64,000 nt of DNA from Octopus vulgaris. Taxonomy: Eukaryota. Below, piece by piece: positions 1-14,285 of this stretch. How positions within the stretch are numbered: the first letter of the stretch is position 1; every line of letters begins with the position of its first letter. The DNA lies in assembly GCA_951406725.2 (NCBI GenBank), contig OX597830.1, positions 58,590,001 through 58,654,000 of the forward strand, in the 5' to 3' direction. The notes beneath the pieces are model-generated. The model ran no database searches and was not told the DNA's origin. It saw only the letters and a list, made by a program, of their open reading frames with translations. The translations under genes and the position numbers were made by a program.

Positions 1-510
1 TCTTCTTGAGCACATCAAATCATCAATCATCTTGATCCTTTGGCATCTCCATGAGACAACATTTTGTGATCAGATTTTGCTACATCATTCCTTGTTTTGT
101 TGGGTTTCACTCTTCCACAAGTCCCATCCACATTTAGCAGTTGGCGTTTCTTGATGCAGCTGTTCTCATCCATATGCATCACATGACCATATCACTGTAA
201 TCTTCTCTTTTGCACTCTACATTTGATGACTCTTCTGCTCAATTTTCCTCTCAATAAATGTGCACCAAACCATAAATTCATACTGATGTTGCACATCCAA
301 TGGACCATACTAGCTTCATTCCTCTCTAGCCTTCACAAGTCCTCTGCATTCAGGGCCCACCTCTCACTGCCTTGTAGCATTACTGTTTGCACAAAAGCAC
401 CATACAGTCTGCCTTTCACTCTCAGAGACGGAGACCTTTTGTTACTATAAAAGGGAACAACTCCCTCAACATCCTTCATCCTGTTTTTATTCCAGCAACC
501 ATACTTTCAG
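1..510 (-). mobile_element. RTE-type LINE 3' fragment
   Basis: Minus strand YGHVMHMDENSCIKK, resembling the RTE C-terminal WyGHV.RM motif. Confidence 0.6.
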
Positions 511-2029
511 AAGTAACATAGGATCCTTTCCCTGTAACTCCAGTCAAGTTATTTTATTGAATATTTCTACATTTAAAATCTTAAAAAGTAATGCAACACT
601 TCAACAACTTATTTTGGTAATGAGATACGTATATATTGCAGAATAATATTGCTTGTAGGCCCATAAGAAAATGCTGTGGCATCGGTCTTAAACAGAAGAC
701 ACTAGAAATGGTGGTGGTGGTGGCGGCGGCGGCGGCTGTAAAAGAACTGAGCCTTTGCATCACAAACTGAAGGAAGAAGGTGACCAGTGCTGTTATCTTT
801 GTTGATCATATCAAGAATGGAAAAGGACCAAAGTGATTGGGGATTTGCTGTTCTCACTCCCCACAACAAAAACAATGTCCTAAAAGCACCCTGTGGATGC
901 TTGTAACCCATTCTGCCCAGTCAAGCATTCCCACACCTTATCCTTCCGGCACCCAGCTACCCCCCACCTTGCTCCTCTATCTATGGCAGTACTTTGCTGG
1001 TTGTATTTGAGAGCAGAATAGGCACATACTACTACTCCACTCCCCCCCCCCATTCTTTGCACTTCCAGTTACCTCCTCTACCTCCTCCTCCTCCTCTTCC
1101 CTGCAAGCCTTCCATCCCTTATTCTCGTCCTGCATTCCTTTCCCCAACTATTCTCACCAAACACCTCTTTTTTGTGCCTTCAGATGGCTCTCTCTCTTCC
1201 ACTATACTCCATCTCAGGACCTCACATATAACTGCTATCAATCTCAACACCCCTTCATATACCCCATCCTATTCCACTCATTCTGCTCACTCTCACATCA
1301 CCCCCTCTATCGCTCCTTCACCCTTGCACATCACCCCCTTCCCTCCTTCCTGAGCCACTTCCATCCCTCTCACCTTACCCACCCCACTTTCCACACTGAT
1401 ATTTCCCACCAACCTCACCTTCACCCTTGCACATCATTCAATACATTCACCTCTATCCCTACCCCTTCTCTAACCACTTGCTACCCTCCACTCACCCTTC
1501 CCACCCTCACCTTCTGATCCCCCTGAACCTGTCTTCTGCCTTGACACTTTGCTCTGACACACCCTCTCTTTCTTTTCTTGTCCTTTTTATCATTTTCTTG
1601 TTTCCTAATTACTGCTATTCACTCTTACAGTGCTGGGGTAGCCATGTCTCTCTTCTATAGCAAGAAACCTGTTCTTGTCCCTCAGCACCTGACATATAAC
1701 CACTGCCCCCTTCCTAAGCCCCTTACCCCCACCACCCTAATTAGTCACATGGACTTTCCTTTTTCCTGTTCCTCTTTTTTTTGTCTTGAAAGTTGCTTGG
1801 CAACCTCACTAGTGCTGGTGCCAGAAAACAAAAAGCACCCAAGCACCCGGGTAAGGTAGTTGGCTTTTGGAAGGCCTCCAACCTTCAGAAGCATGCCAAT
1901 GTTGATGTTGGAACTTGGTACGCTTGCTGGATCCTCTCAAACCATCCCAACCATGCCAGCATGGAATATGAAAGTTAAATGATGATGATACACACACACG
2001 TTACAAACATTACATTCAGTTCTCATTGT

Positions 2030-2282
2030 GCCTTGTGACACTGGAGGCTGCAGCAAGATCATTCCACTTTCTAACACTGAAAGCGTCCTTGAAAGCTTGT
2101 TCCATTGTTAGTCCTCTGCCTTTGAGATCTTTTGTTATTATTCTCTGCCACGTTTCCTTTGGTCAGCCACATCTTTTTTCACCTTGTGGAACCCATTGCA
2201 AAGCAGTCCTGACAACTGAGTTTGGTTTATAGTGACAGACTCAACCCAGCCATTTCCATCTCCTTGCTTCAATAGTTTCACT
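2030..2282 (-). mobile_element. RTE-type LINE 3' fragment
   Basis: Minus strand RRWKWLG...LQWVPQGEKRCG.PKETW motif. Confidence 0.6.
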
Positions 2283-3390
2283 ATATGTATGAATGTTCAC
2301 ATACACACACACACACACACACATTCATGTTCCTTCTTTTTACATCTGTTTTTCCATGCTGGTATGGGTTAGACAAATATGTATGGATGTCTTTTCTATC
2401 ATTAACTTTTACCTGTTTTATGAGTAAAGAAGTTTCAATTCCATTTGTGTTTGAAAGTGCAGATTGACTGAGGAATTCAAACACGCACACACACACACAC
2501 GCATATACAATGTGCACACACACACACACAGTGCACACACACACAACACAATATGCACACATACACATGCATAATTGCACACACACACACACACAAAAGT
2601 ACATGATGGGCTTCGTATAGTTTCCATTTACCAAATTCCTTCATAAGGCATTGGTCATTTTAGGGGGGCTACAGTTGAAGGCTCTTGTCAAAGTGGCTGC
2701 ACTGTGGGATTGAACCTGAAATGGTGTGCTTGTGAAGCCGATTTTTTAACTCCACAGCCATGCCTGCATCTACCCCCCCCACCACTCTGTTATGGTGATG
2801 AGGGTTCCAGTTGGTCCAATCAATGGAACTACCTGCTTGTGAAATTAATGCACAAGTGGCTGAGTACTTCACAGACATGTCTACCCTTAGTGTAGTTCTC
2901 AGGAAGATTCAGCATGACACAGAATGTGACAAGGCTGGCCCCTTTGAATTACTGGTACAACTCTCATTTTTGCCAGTTGGATGGACTGGAGGAACATGAA
3001 ATAAAATGTCTTGCTCAAGGTCATAACGCACTGCCAGGATTTGAACTCACAACCTTACGATCGTGAACTGAATACCCTAACCACTAAGCCCTACACACAC
3101 ATGCACGCACACACACATAATTAGTGAGAAAGACAGAGAGGGATAACGATCCCATTTATGATTGAAAGCATTATCTAAAGTTTCCAGTTTCAAAGCAATG
3201 ACTTGGATGTTCAGATGTTTTTAATTATCTAAAGTACATTTTTCCTTCGTTATTTTAGACACTGACACCATGTTTATCAACTGGTATTTATTACTATTGT
3301 AAATTAACCCAGAACTTGCTATATAATTAATTAGTTGTCACATCAACTTGTACAATAATAATACCAGTAGAAGCCAAGTATCATGAATGA

Positions 3391-3442
<52 letters not shown>

Positions 3443-4764
3443 CCCCAGAGCCATATGACAGAATGGAAGGGGAAGACATGTATACACTGCTTATAGTGGT
3501 GGTGGTGGTGGTGGTGGAGACAATCTCCAACATCAACTGTGTTACCTGTTATGTCGTTTTACAACATTTTTGTCTATTTTTCTTTAATTGTTCTCTTCTG
3601 TTCCAATTCCTTTGAGAATGTCATTTCTTTTCTGAGGTCCATTTTAACATTCTAACCCCCAACTGTCCAACGTTTACCTCAGCATTGCACCTGCACTGAC
3701 ATTATTTCGTGAAATATTTTCTCAGAGTTTTCTTATCTACTCATCATATTTATTAAAGGTTAAACTGTGGTTTCAGTCTTGTGTTATGCTGTACCTTTGC
3801 TGCTAGTTGACAGCAATTACTAATTCTTTGTTATGGCAGATAAGAGAACTAACAAGTGATGTGCTGAGAACAGCAACCGTGGCCAAGAGAAAAGAAAAAG
3901 CATTGTTTTCTGTTGTAACTCCAAAAATACCTGGGTTGCTAAAACTTTGCACCATTTTAACCCTTGAACATTGAGAATACTTTGTCAAACGTAATGCTTT
4001 GGGTGTTGAAGAGACATAGTAAAATGGTTAAGAAGTTTTCTTTGCAATGATTAAGAACAAGGCTTGATTCCACTGCAGAGAGAACTTTGGGCAAGTATCT
4101 TCTCTTCTAACTGCAGTTTGACCCAAACCTTATGAGTGAAACTGGACAGACAGCGTTTATTAGGACATTGGAAGCATTGCAATGCAAAGAGTTAACTTTG
4201 GCACAAAGTCACACTGATTCTTTCTGAGGATTAATTTAATCTTTTAGAGTTTGATCTGGTCATATCTGGCCTAAATACTCTGTGTTATGTTCAGACTGGT
4301 CAGATCTGGTCTCTCACACCTACCCTACACTGTCATTCTAAAAATAAATAGTTGGCATTAGGAAGGGCGTCCAGTCATAGAAACCAAGCCAAAACAGACA
4401 AATGGAGCCTGGTGCAGCTCCTGTCACACTGTCCAGCCCATGCCAGCATGGATAGTGGACATTAAATGATGTTGACAATGTGTGTAGGGTTTTGTGTTTG
4501 TCCCCCTGTAATTGCTTGAAGGGTGTTGGATTGTTTACATCCTCATAACTTAGCAGTTTGGTGAAAGAGACCAATAGAATAAATATCAAACTTACAAAAA
4601 AAAAAAAAAGGTACTGTTCTTCTACAAACTCTTCAAAGCAGTTGCCCCAGCATGACCTCAGTCGAATGGCTGAGACAAGTAAGACATGAAATTTTAATGT
4701 TGGATCACTTTTGATAATTTTGTAATAAAAATTCTTGTTTTTTTCTCTGCTTTTCTCTTTCCAG

Positions 4765-4912
4765 ACCTACAGAATTGGATGCTCTGGTGTTTGGCCATCT
4801 CTTTACTCTACTCACCACAAACCTACCTGTTGATCACTTTGCTCTGATCATTCAGAAATATGACAATTTGGTTGAATTCTGTAATAATATTCAAGCAACG
4901 TATTACAAGTGA
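4765..4912 (+). CDS. MTX2: Metaxin-2, terminal coding exon (upstream exons not found in the window)
   Basis: Polypyrimidine tract plus ccag acceptor ending at 4764. Reads (x)-PTELDALVFGHLFTLLTTNLPVDHFALIIQKYDNLVEFCNNIQATYYK*, which matches the metaxin-2 C-terminal motif PTELDALVFGHL..ILTT...Y.NL..FC..I...Y. Confidence 0.93.
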
Positions 4913-5879
4913 AATAACTGGGGTTTGAACCAGCAGACTTATTTAGCTGTTTTTTTTTTGTTTGTTGTTGAGATAGTCTGTATTTGAAAATACACCTGTA
5001 GGTTGTTTCTAGTTCTGTGACAAAGAATTAACTGAATCCAGGTTTTCTCTTATAAATCTTGGACAGAGGATAAGATCTACGCTTGTAGATGAGTCAGTTG
5101 GTGGGTGCTGTTAAATCCACGTTCATTGAGACAACAGGTCTTTCAGCGAGTTCCATTTTAAACTGCTGAGAAGTGAGTTTCTCCTGCAAATCTGTGAACT
5201 CCAAGATTGGGGTCTGAGGAGAGTTTAAGATTGTTAGTTGAATTTGGAAAAGAAATGGAAATCATTTCTGTTTTTTATAACTAACGAACCCTTGCATAAT
5301 TTATTTTAAGGACATTTAGTTATCTTTTAACAGTTTCATAAAATACTTTTTCTTGTTTTCAATGTTGATATTTTGACGTTACTGAATTCACTTTTGGGTC
5401 AATACAACAGGCTAAATTATGATTGTATGGAATGATAAAGGAGCCCATTGGATTTCTCTTTGTGACCCCAAAATCTACACAGGTTGTTTATAAATACATT
5501 TATAGAGAAAAAAAAAGCATTAAAAGAACAATTGTCTTTTATTTTGTTGTATTATTATTCTTCTAATTTACCGGAAAATTCATTTCCAGGATTTTTTTTT
5601 TGTTTCTTCCAAGATTATAACCAAAATTTTGTGCACTTTTTTGCTGTTTTGTTTCTTTACTTTGTAATGAACCTTATAATCCTCAATTATTCACATTGTT
5701 TTCAATTAATCTTGCATTATCTTCTAACTTCAGGATTTGGCTGATGTGATTATTTAGTTTAAGAATGACATTGTAGGGTAGGTGTAAGAAGCCAAACCCA
5801 GGTAATTTTAATAGAAACCAGATAGAATATTTGGACTCGATATAGCCAGTTTAAATGCTACAGGGTTAAAACCAGGAAC

Positions 5880-6060
5880 CACTGAAATCTACAAGTTTTT
5901 TTCATCCTCTTTCTGATTATTTTCTCATTCCTTTCTAATGAAGAGCATAGGCTCGAAACATAAAAGACTTTTTCACTTCCCGGAGTGTCAAACTAACACA
6001 GCTGCTTGTTGTTCATACACCTGTCTATGTCGTTTGTTTTTCTATAAATTTCAATTATAT
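5880..6060 (+). mobile_element. Short TA-associated element with a minimal hammerhead-like motif (copy 1)
   Basis: Homologous to 23738-23930 and 37172-37368; motif CUUU-CUaAUGA-A-GAGCauagGCUC-GAAA-ca-UA^AAAG at 5931-5966. Confidence 0.65.
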
Positions 6061-6456
6061 ACACACACACACATACTTGTGTGTGTGTTTGTATATAGAA
6101 ATATATATATATATATGCATATACACACACACGCACATACACACACACATAGTCTTTGTACTTAGATAGAACACCTGTTGGTGTCTTTCTGTCTGTCTTC
6201 CTCTCTGGTTGCCCAGCTAAAATGCTCAGGAATTTACTACTGACTGTTTAATTGTTAAAGAGCCTACATACTACTAAAGTCTGTTTGTTGCTTTTACTGA
6301 GCATTGTATGATATTGATAGACCTCGCACTTAGATAGGATGCGAATATATTTGAATATTAATTTCTGTAACTTTTAAGTATATTAGAATGCTTGAGATTG
6401 AAAAAGGAGAAATTAAAAATGAAAAGGTAAAATGAGAGACAGAGAGTGAAAAAGTA

Positions 6457-6492
<36 letters not shown>

Positions 6493-6547
6493 GCATTTTA
6501 TTATATTTGAAAGTTGCAGACAGAAAATTAATATACATACACAGGTA

Positions 6548-6915
6548 GACGCAGGAGTGGCTGTGTGGTAAGTAGCTTGCTTACCAACCACATGGTTCCG
6601 GGTTCAGTCCCACTGCGTGGCACCTTGGGCAAGAGTCTTCTACTATAGCCTTGGGCCGACCAAAGCCTTGTGATTGGATTTGGTAGACGGAAACTGAAAC
6701 GAGCCTGTCATGTATATATATGTGTGTTTGTCCCCCCACCATCACTTGACAACCGATGTTGGTGTGTTTACGTCCCTGTAACTTAGCATTCCTCAAAAGA
6801 GACTCATGGAATAAGCACTAGGCCTATAAAAAAAAGTCCTGGGATCGGTTTGTTCTATTAAAGTCAGTGATCCAGCATGGCCACAGTCAAATGACCGAAA
6901 TAAGTAAAAGAATGA
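6548..6915 (+). mobile_element. tRNA-derived SINE family B
   Basis: Head gcaggagtggctgtgtggtaag..gggttcagtccc, internal (TG/TA)n, tail cagcatggccacagtcaaatgac. Other copies at about 2600-2765, 4480-4690 and 16290-16490. Confidence 0.8.
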
Positions 6916-7159
6916 ATATATATATATAGTGTGATGAGCTGGTAGAATCATTAGCACTGTGGACAAAATTCTGAATGGCATACTGTCTGTCTGTTCTGAG
7001 TTCAAATCCCACCAATGTCACCAGTTGAACATTGGGGGTGGGGTCAGTATAATCAATCAGTCTCCTCCCTTCAAATTTTACGCCTTCTGCCTTATAATAA
7101 AAAAAGATTGTTAGAACAACATTTTGTGTTGATCTTGTCTTAATATTTCGTGACAACAA

Positions 7160-7371
7160 GGCAGACAGCTGGCAGAAGTGTTAGCACGCTGGGCGAAATG
7201 CTTCATGGTATTTTGTATGTCTTTACATTCTGAGTTCAAATTCTGCTGAGGTCGACTTTGGCTTTCATCCTTTCGGGGTCGATAAATTAAGTACCAGTTG
7301 CACATTGGGGTCAATCTAATCGACTGGTGCCCTCCCCCAAAATTTCGGGCCTTGTGCTTGGAGGGGAAAAG
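7160..7371 (+). mobile_element. tRNA-derived SINE family A (Meta-domain-like core) with TSD
   Basis: A/B-box head; core gcctttcatcctttcggggtcgataaattaagtaccag; imperfect TSD 7142-7160 / 7372-7390. Confidence 0.85.
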
Positions 7372-7899
7372 AATATTTAGTGACAACAGGGACCCTGTAA
7401 AAATTTTTTATAAAATAGGTGCCAGTCCTCTTTTCCAATGTCTTTCAGTCTTTTGAACTGCCATTTTGCAATTTTTTCCAGTCTTCCAGTGACAACAGGA
7501 ATACGTTTCAGTTAATCATGTTTGCCAAAGTTTTCTCAAGTTCAAATACACTATTTATTTATTAATTACTGGTAAGAACGCTACTTCGTTATGCAACAAT
7601 CACTTTTTAAAGATATCCCTACAGATTTGCTACAGAAATTCTGGCCAGCACTGATTTGTTACAATGGTTCGTATCCGAATATGTCAAATATAAACAATAC
7701 GATCGAAGCTAGAAAAATGTGTCATGGATGTTTATACATATTTCCAGAGTTTTTGCTCCTTTCTCAGCGCCACATCCAACTGATTAACCAGCCACGAACC
7801 CATTGCTTGAAAAGGCACTAAATATACTGGTGTAATATTATTGGAGAGACCAATTTTACATATTAAACACATTCCTGGAAGCTGGTATGTTTTTATTCT

Positions 7900-8288
7900 T
7901 TTATTTGTTTTAGTAATTTGACTGTAGCCATGCTGGAGCATTGCCTTTAGTCAAACAAATTGACCCCAGGACTTATTCTTTGTAAGCCAAGTACTTGTTC
8001 TATCAATCTCTTTTGCCAAACCACTAAGTTACAGGGACATAAACACACCAACATCAGTTGTCAAGCGATGGTGTGGGGATAAAAACAGATACTCAAACAT
8101 ACACACACACACACATATATTTACATATACGATAGGCTTCTTTCAGTTTCCATCTACCAAATCCACTTACAATGCTTTAGATGGCTTAAGGCAATAGTAG
8201 AAGACACTTGCCCAAGGTGCCATGCCATGGAACTGAACCTGAAACTATGTGGTTGGGAAGTAATCTTTTTACCACACAGCCATGCCTG
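7900..8288 (-). mobile_element. SINE family B
   Basis: Reverse complement of family B. Confidence 0.8.
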
Positions 8289-9495
8289 TACCTATGTATG
8301 TTACCATTGAAAGAAGGAATGTATTTAGTAATGAAATTATGCAGCGTTGGTATTATATCCTTCCATTTTGAAGGTTGCTGGCAGTAATTCTGTAGAACCC
8401 ATATATGTCGCTTGTGCAAGTATGTCCACATCAGACATTGTATTGATCAATATCTGATCACTTGCAGCAAAAGTTTACTTATAATTGCTGATAAGAAAAT
8501 AAAATGGTTTGTTTTTATTTGGACAGGAATTAAACCTGTTAATAGATGCTATATAAGTGTATGAAGCCAACATTATACATGGCTCATGAAATGGTAGATG
8601 GAGTGTTTAAAATATCTTCTTTAATTTTTTGGAAAATGTTTAACATTTTAATTTATTAAGATTTTGCTTTAAAAAACATTGAGAAAAAAATATTTTTGAA
8701 AAATTTTCTCACAATGGCAAAATTCAAATGTTACTTTTGAATTTACTTTTTGCTTTGTTTACAGAGCATAAACACTTCCAATGTAATTTAGACAGCTGTT
8801 ATAATAAATCAGGCTAAACACTAAGGAAAAGTCTGTGCATATTTTACAAGAGAGATATCCAGCGTTTCTTAACCCTTAATTAGTAGTGTGCGCAATACAT
8901 GAGTGTGTATTCAAATATGGTACGTTTTAATCAGTTTTGCTTTTGTTTGGATTCTATTTTCACAGATTTTACAAGACTACAACAAAATCTGTGACCCTTC
9001 ATATTTTCCCTTTTTGTCTAATCTGATCATATCTGGTTTCCGTACTTCTGTCACATGTTCATTTTGCCCAGAAAGTCTCACAGAATCTTATGACAGTTAT
9101 TTTTAAATGCTGGTTTTTAACTAATAATTGAACAAGTTTTTAAATCTAATTTGAATCCCTATTTTCAAGTCTACTTCACCTTCTGCTCTGTCATGTCATC
9201 TTTTGTATGTATTTGTCATCTTGATGCATTCACATAGTAAATGACTGACTCTTTTGTCTAATTTACCACTCATCTGACATCTAGTATCTTACTGGCTTTT
9301 GTCCATTTTGTTTCTTTAATTGTTTTCAAGTCATTTGCTTTGTGCTACTATCAGAAGGGCTACCCTTTTATTTAGTTCCCCATTTTCGTCAGCCAAGACT
9401 ATTATTATATTTGTAGCATCTTTTGTTTACCAGAAAAAATACAAAATTTGTTCCCAACTTCTCTCTTTTTGCTTGTAATATTTTTCTGTTTCCTA

Positions 9496-9929
9496 AGGTG
9501 GCGAGCTGGCAGAAAGGTTAGCACGCCGGGCTAAATACTTAGCGGTATTTTGTCTGTCTTTACGTTCTAAGTTCAAATTCTGCTGAGGTCGACTTTGCCT
9601 GTCATCCTTTTGGGGTCGATAAATTAAGTACCAGTTGCGTACTGGGATCGATCTAATCGACTGGCCCCCTCCCTCAAAATTTCGGTCCTTGTGCCTAGAG
9701 TAGAAAAGAATATTTAAAGGCGGTGAGCTGGTAGAACCGTTAGCATGCCGGGCGAAATACTTAGCAGTGTTTCGCCTGTTTTTACGTTCTGAGTTCAAAT
9801 TCTACCGAGGTCGACTTTGCCTTTCATCCTTTCGGTGTCGATAAATTAAGTACCAGTTGCGTACTGGGATCGATCTAATCGACTGGCCCGCTTCCCCAAA
9901 ACTTTGGGCCTTGTGCCTAGAGTAGAAAA
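9496..9929 (+). mobile_element. SINE family A head-to-tail dimer
   Basis: Two full copies enclosed by one 18-bp TSD taatatttttctgtttcc (9476-9493 / 9930-9947). Confidence 0.9.
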
Positions 9930-10705
9930 TAATATTTTTCTGTTTCCATGTTTTTGCCGTTTCTCCTCCTAGTTCTTCCTATAAGCTTTTTCCAATTTTC
10001 ATTAACATACCTCTCCGGTCCTACAGTAATTAAGCGAATGCTCTGTTTTGTATTATTTCTATATTTTTGCCATGTACATTCTACAAACTCTGTGAATGGA
10101 CTCCTTGTGTGATCACTACATTTGCAGTTTTCGCATGATTTTATACATTTCAAGTATTTTTCTCGTCCACAGAAAGAAAGCTACAGAGTGTCTCAGTCTC
10201 ACCAACCCCTCAATGTAAATTCTTTAACGTTTCATTCTGTCAGATTTTGTTTCCAAAGTCTTCCTCACCCATCTATTCTCCAGCTTTGTCGCATTCTCCT
10301 GTTTCTTTCCACAATTCTCAGATATTTCTATCCTTCAACTTCCTCCAATGATTTGGAAGCCCAAAGATGCAGAAATGTGCATCTACCATTCTCACTGTCC
10401 TCTGTTGGATGATTTCCGTCTGGTACTGATATTTTTGCGTAGTTAAACACAGCACGTTCATTAACGATTTTATCTCTGGAAAAATACCACAGTTAATTTG
10501 CCTTTTGTAAAGTATTTGCATTGATATGGTAACTTCATATTATTGTATAACTGCACCATTTCTTCAGGCGATATTCGGACTATCGATAAGGCGTCAAAAT
10601 TGTGATGACTTTTGGTCGATAACTGATGAAGGGTGAGCGTGTCCTCGTCTTTGCATGTTTTTTTCTCTGTTTTCCGTGTTCCTTCGTCGTCCTCCAACGC
10701 TACAT

Positions 10706-10789
10706 ATCTATCAATCTATCTATCAATCTATCTATCAATCTATCTATCTATCAATCTATCTATCTGTCTGTCAGTCAGTCAGTCAGTCA

Positions 10790-10854
<65 letters not shown>

Positions 10855-11020
10855 ACTGTCTGTCTGTCTGTCTAACTGTCTGTCTGTCTGTGTGTATTTA
10901 TGTATATAAATATGTATGTGTGTGTATGTATATATATGTGTATATGTGTATATATGCGTATGTGAGTGTATATATGTGTGTGTGTGTGTGTGTGAGTTAC
11001 ACACACACACAGACACACAC
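10706..11020. repeat. Compound (TATC)/(TCAG)/(TCTG)/(TG) microsatellite
   Basis: Direct reading. Confidence 0.95.
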
Positions 11021-11439
11021 TAAATTTCAAGTATAAGAACGCGTATCGCTTTCTTGTTCTCAACCAAAGTATATATAAAAAAAGAAACGTCCATTTAATT
11101 TGCAGGTATATTTGTCGAAGTATCATTTACTGAAGAAGGTCATTGAATTCAATTATAGAACCTGAGTATCGTCCATATTTTCATGTTGCAACCAGTTCCA
11201 TATTCTGTAAGACGTGTGGCGATTCACAGTTTCTTGGCCGATATAATGTCATACTGTCTACACGGTTATAAAATTTAATTCAAAGACTTTCGCTATATGA
11301 ATACCTTGGTAAAGTTATCTGTGGAACAAAGAAATGTTTGTTATTATTTTTCTTTTATTCTCAAAGACTTTCATCAAAAGAAACATTGTTTTATTCAAAT
11401 GGTTTCTTTTATACGAAGAAGAAGAATATCAACGGTAAT

Positions 11440-11651
11440 GGTTTCAAATTTTGACTCAAGGCCAGGATTTTGAGGTAGGGGGTAAGTCAATTACATTGAG
11501 CCCAATGCTCAGGTGGAACTGATTTTATCGATCCCGAAATGATGCAAGGCAAAGTCAACCTCGGCGGAAATTGAACTCAGAACGTAAAGACGGACGAAAT
11601 ACTGATAAGCATTTTGCCCGGCGTGCCAACGATTCTGCCAGCTCGCCGCCT
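11440..11651 (-). mobile_element. SINE family A
   Basis: Reverse complement of the family A sequence. Confidence 0.85.
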
Positions 11652-11660
11652 TAATAATAG

Positions 11661-13800
11661 TTTTTTTTTATTGGTTACAAAAGACTACATAAACGGTGCA
11701 AAGAAAAAAAGAACATAGGAAACAGGGGGATTTGAACTCGTACATAGATTAAATAAACAATACAATAACAAGACAGATTCTCAAATAGATGGGAGACTTT
11801 CGAGAGCAACCCGTGGAGACCCCACAAATGGCTCGGTCCTCTTGATCACTTGGGGGAGCTCTTTCCTCAACCAGTCGTCCAGGCTAAAAGCGCATACTCA
11901 CAGTAGGTCCATTCACTCGGACCATGCTCATCGCTCTCATTCACCTTTCAATGAATTTGCTTGAAGGCAATACTTCCCTCTCTACCCTTAATTGGAATTT
12001 GAAAAAAAAAATGATAAAGCGTTTGTATTCAGTTTACTACACAACCATTTTCGGCTTATCCATTACACGAATGAAAACTGCCTAGCGTTTCCGTTTAAAG
12101 GAAAGCGGTGGGGGCGACCTCTACAATGGACTCAGCTGATAACCATATCCAACCTTCACGTGATAGCTAACGTTTAACATAACTCTATAAGTCGGCAAAG
12201 CTCTGGTACTGGACGAGTGGGCACAGAACAGTTTCGTCTCTCTACGCGCATCTCAGTCAGGTCCTGCTAACGGCTCTTCTGTGCTTGTAGAGTTTGTCTC
12301 GAACAGGCAATACCCCACCGAGAGCACTAACAAGCCAGATATTTCTGGAAATTACCCATGGGTTTCGATCTGAAAGTCTTCCGGAACAGACCGGCCAAGT
12401 GATTTTCGTCGACGCCCAGAGTTTCATCAAGAACGTCATCTCACTTGCCTATCGCTTACCCTCTATAGAACGCAATCGTGAAATTTCCACTACCAGCATT
12501 GTCTGATTGGTAGTGTACGAACGTTTTGCATCAATAGCCACAGAATGACTAGTTCACTCCTAAACGGATGTTGACTAAAAATGAAGCATCTGACCAGTTG
12601 AACACGGACTTTGCTCAGAAGGCGAAAGAATAGACGTTCCAGGCTGTATAGACGTGAAACCAGTGAAAGGCATGATAGTTATAGATGACGACAGAAGCGA
12701 AGTAAGCCTTTTACTCCTCCTTTCAGAGTTAGTTTCCTCTCAGTCCATTTTTGAGTTAGACTGGTTGCTACCGAAGCTTCTGATCGCTAGCTACTTACCA
12801 TAACCCCCGAACAGATGTCACTTACACTGAAAAGGGTTGTCCGCAAAGCCAACGCCTCTTCAAGGTTTCTAAGGCTCCTTTAATCTAGTTTTTTTCTATC
12901 GCTGTATGCTTACTAAATCTTATTGACTCTACTCTAATCACCCTTTTCAAGACAACTCACTATCTATTATTACCGACTGCCCTCGTTAACACTTGCTTAA
13001 CTTATTCGCTAATTCGCTCTCTGCAAATTTGGCGCGCCCGGCAAGACGCGTTCAACTCCCTTATGAAGCCTATTTAATTCGACTGTGCAGATCACAAATT
13101 TGTGGTGTGTGTAACCGACCACTTTAAACTGTGAACGACCTATGCAGTCCGTATCTACTGCCTGACATAATACTTAAGAAAAAATACGCTCTGATTGACC
13201 CGATGCACTTTGTCTACGAACACACTGGAATATTTCGGAAATCCAGTCGGCACCTGTTACTTGAAAACGTTTCAATAGGTTTTTGCACCTCCTTTCCTAT
13301 CCTATACCCCAACACATGCATCCACTTGCACTAAAGGATGGGATGTCTAAGAAGATTTGTTCTCATCGGGATATTGACGGCTACAAGTCTGAAGGTATGG
13401 TCTCCGCCGCTGATTACATCCATCACCATGCACTTGCCTTCCGTCTCCAGAAAGATGGTCCGTATCATAAGATCTAGCCTTCTCCGAAACAACTCCTCTG
13501 CCTCCCGTTTCCGGCAGACTTTTAGATGCGTGCACTTCGTAGCCACCAAAGATGGGCGCGAAGTCTTGTGGCTCGGTTTCACTGCTGGCCACCACATTTA
13601 TATCTCGTGATCTGAGGTCGTTGAACAGGTTGTAGGCAACCCAAGCGACCCAAGGTCACGTTCATTCAGACTGCTTATTCTGAGAAAAGCGTTGTTTGGT
13701 TCAGGAGGAAAGTGAGAATGATCACTTACCTTATTCCTGTGGAAAGACAGGTTTTCCGGTAGGTTGGAGGTGTTTCCAGAAGTAGTTCTTTGTATAGTCT
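11661..13800 (-). mobile_element. L1-Tx1-like LINE ORF2, heavily deleted
   Basis: APE-like LDLMIRTIFLETEGKCMVMDV..FRLVAV and VVGYTHHKFV, zf-RVT-like GVLPVRDKLYKH..VSRT..RC..DETVL, C-terminus RVEREVLPSSKFIER*, and a poly(A) tail at about 11661. Confidence 0.75.
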
Positions 13801-14285
13801 ATTGATTATATTCAATCGGTAATCACCCATGCATAAGAAAAAACAAAGCAAAACAAAAAGAAACTAACAAAAAACAAACAAGCAACAACATCAGGGATGA
13901 TATCACATGATTGAATGTAACCAACGAAATTAATGTGTTCCATTATGTTTGATCTGCGATATATCTAAATCCACCATTCCTGTTCATTGTCATCAGGAAA
14001 AATGTATTGAGTTAGAAGTGAGCAGCGACGGAGGGTAACACCAGCTTCATTCAAACATATATTTACAAATTCACGCGCGCTCGTACACACAGAGGAAGAC
14101 AGACATGGAAACACATCTAACGACCTCGTAGAGGTTCCGTCTTTGACTCAGTAACCTAACATACTTATGGAGTTCGTAGAAACTTAGCAAAAGCCATTCG
14201 TTCCTGCGCCCTAAAGAAGTGGTTCTCACACCGAGAAACATTAGTCCATCGTAATATTAGTGAAAATTTTTTACCCTGTCTCTTT

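Noticed and set aside
994-1660. Pro/Ser/His-rich ORFs
   Set aside because: Pyrimidine-rich low-complexity sequence, probably within a metaxin-2 intron; no recognisable domain or convincing splice sites.
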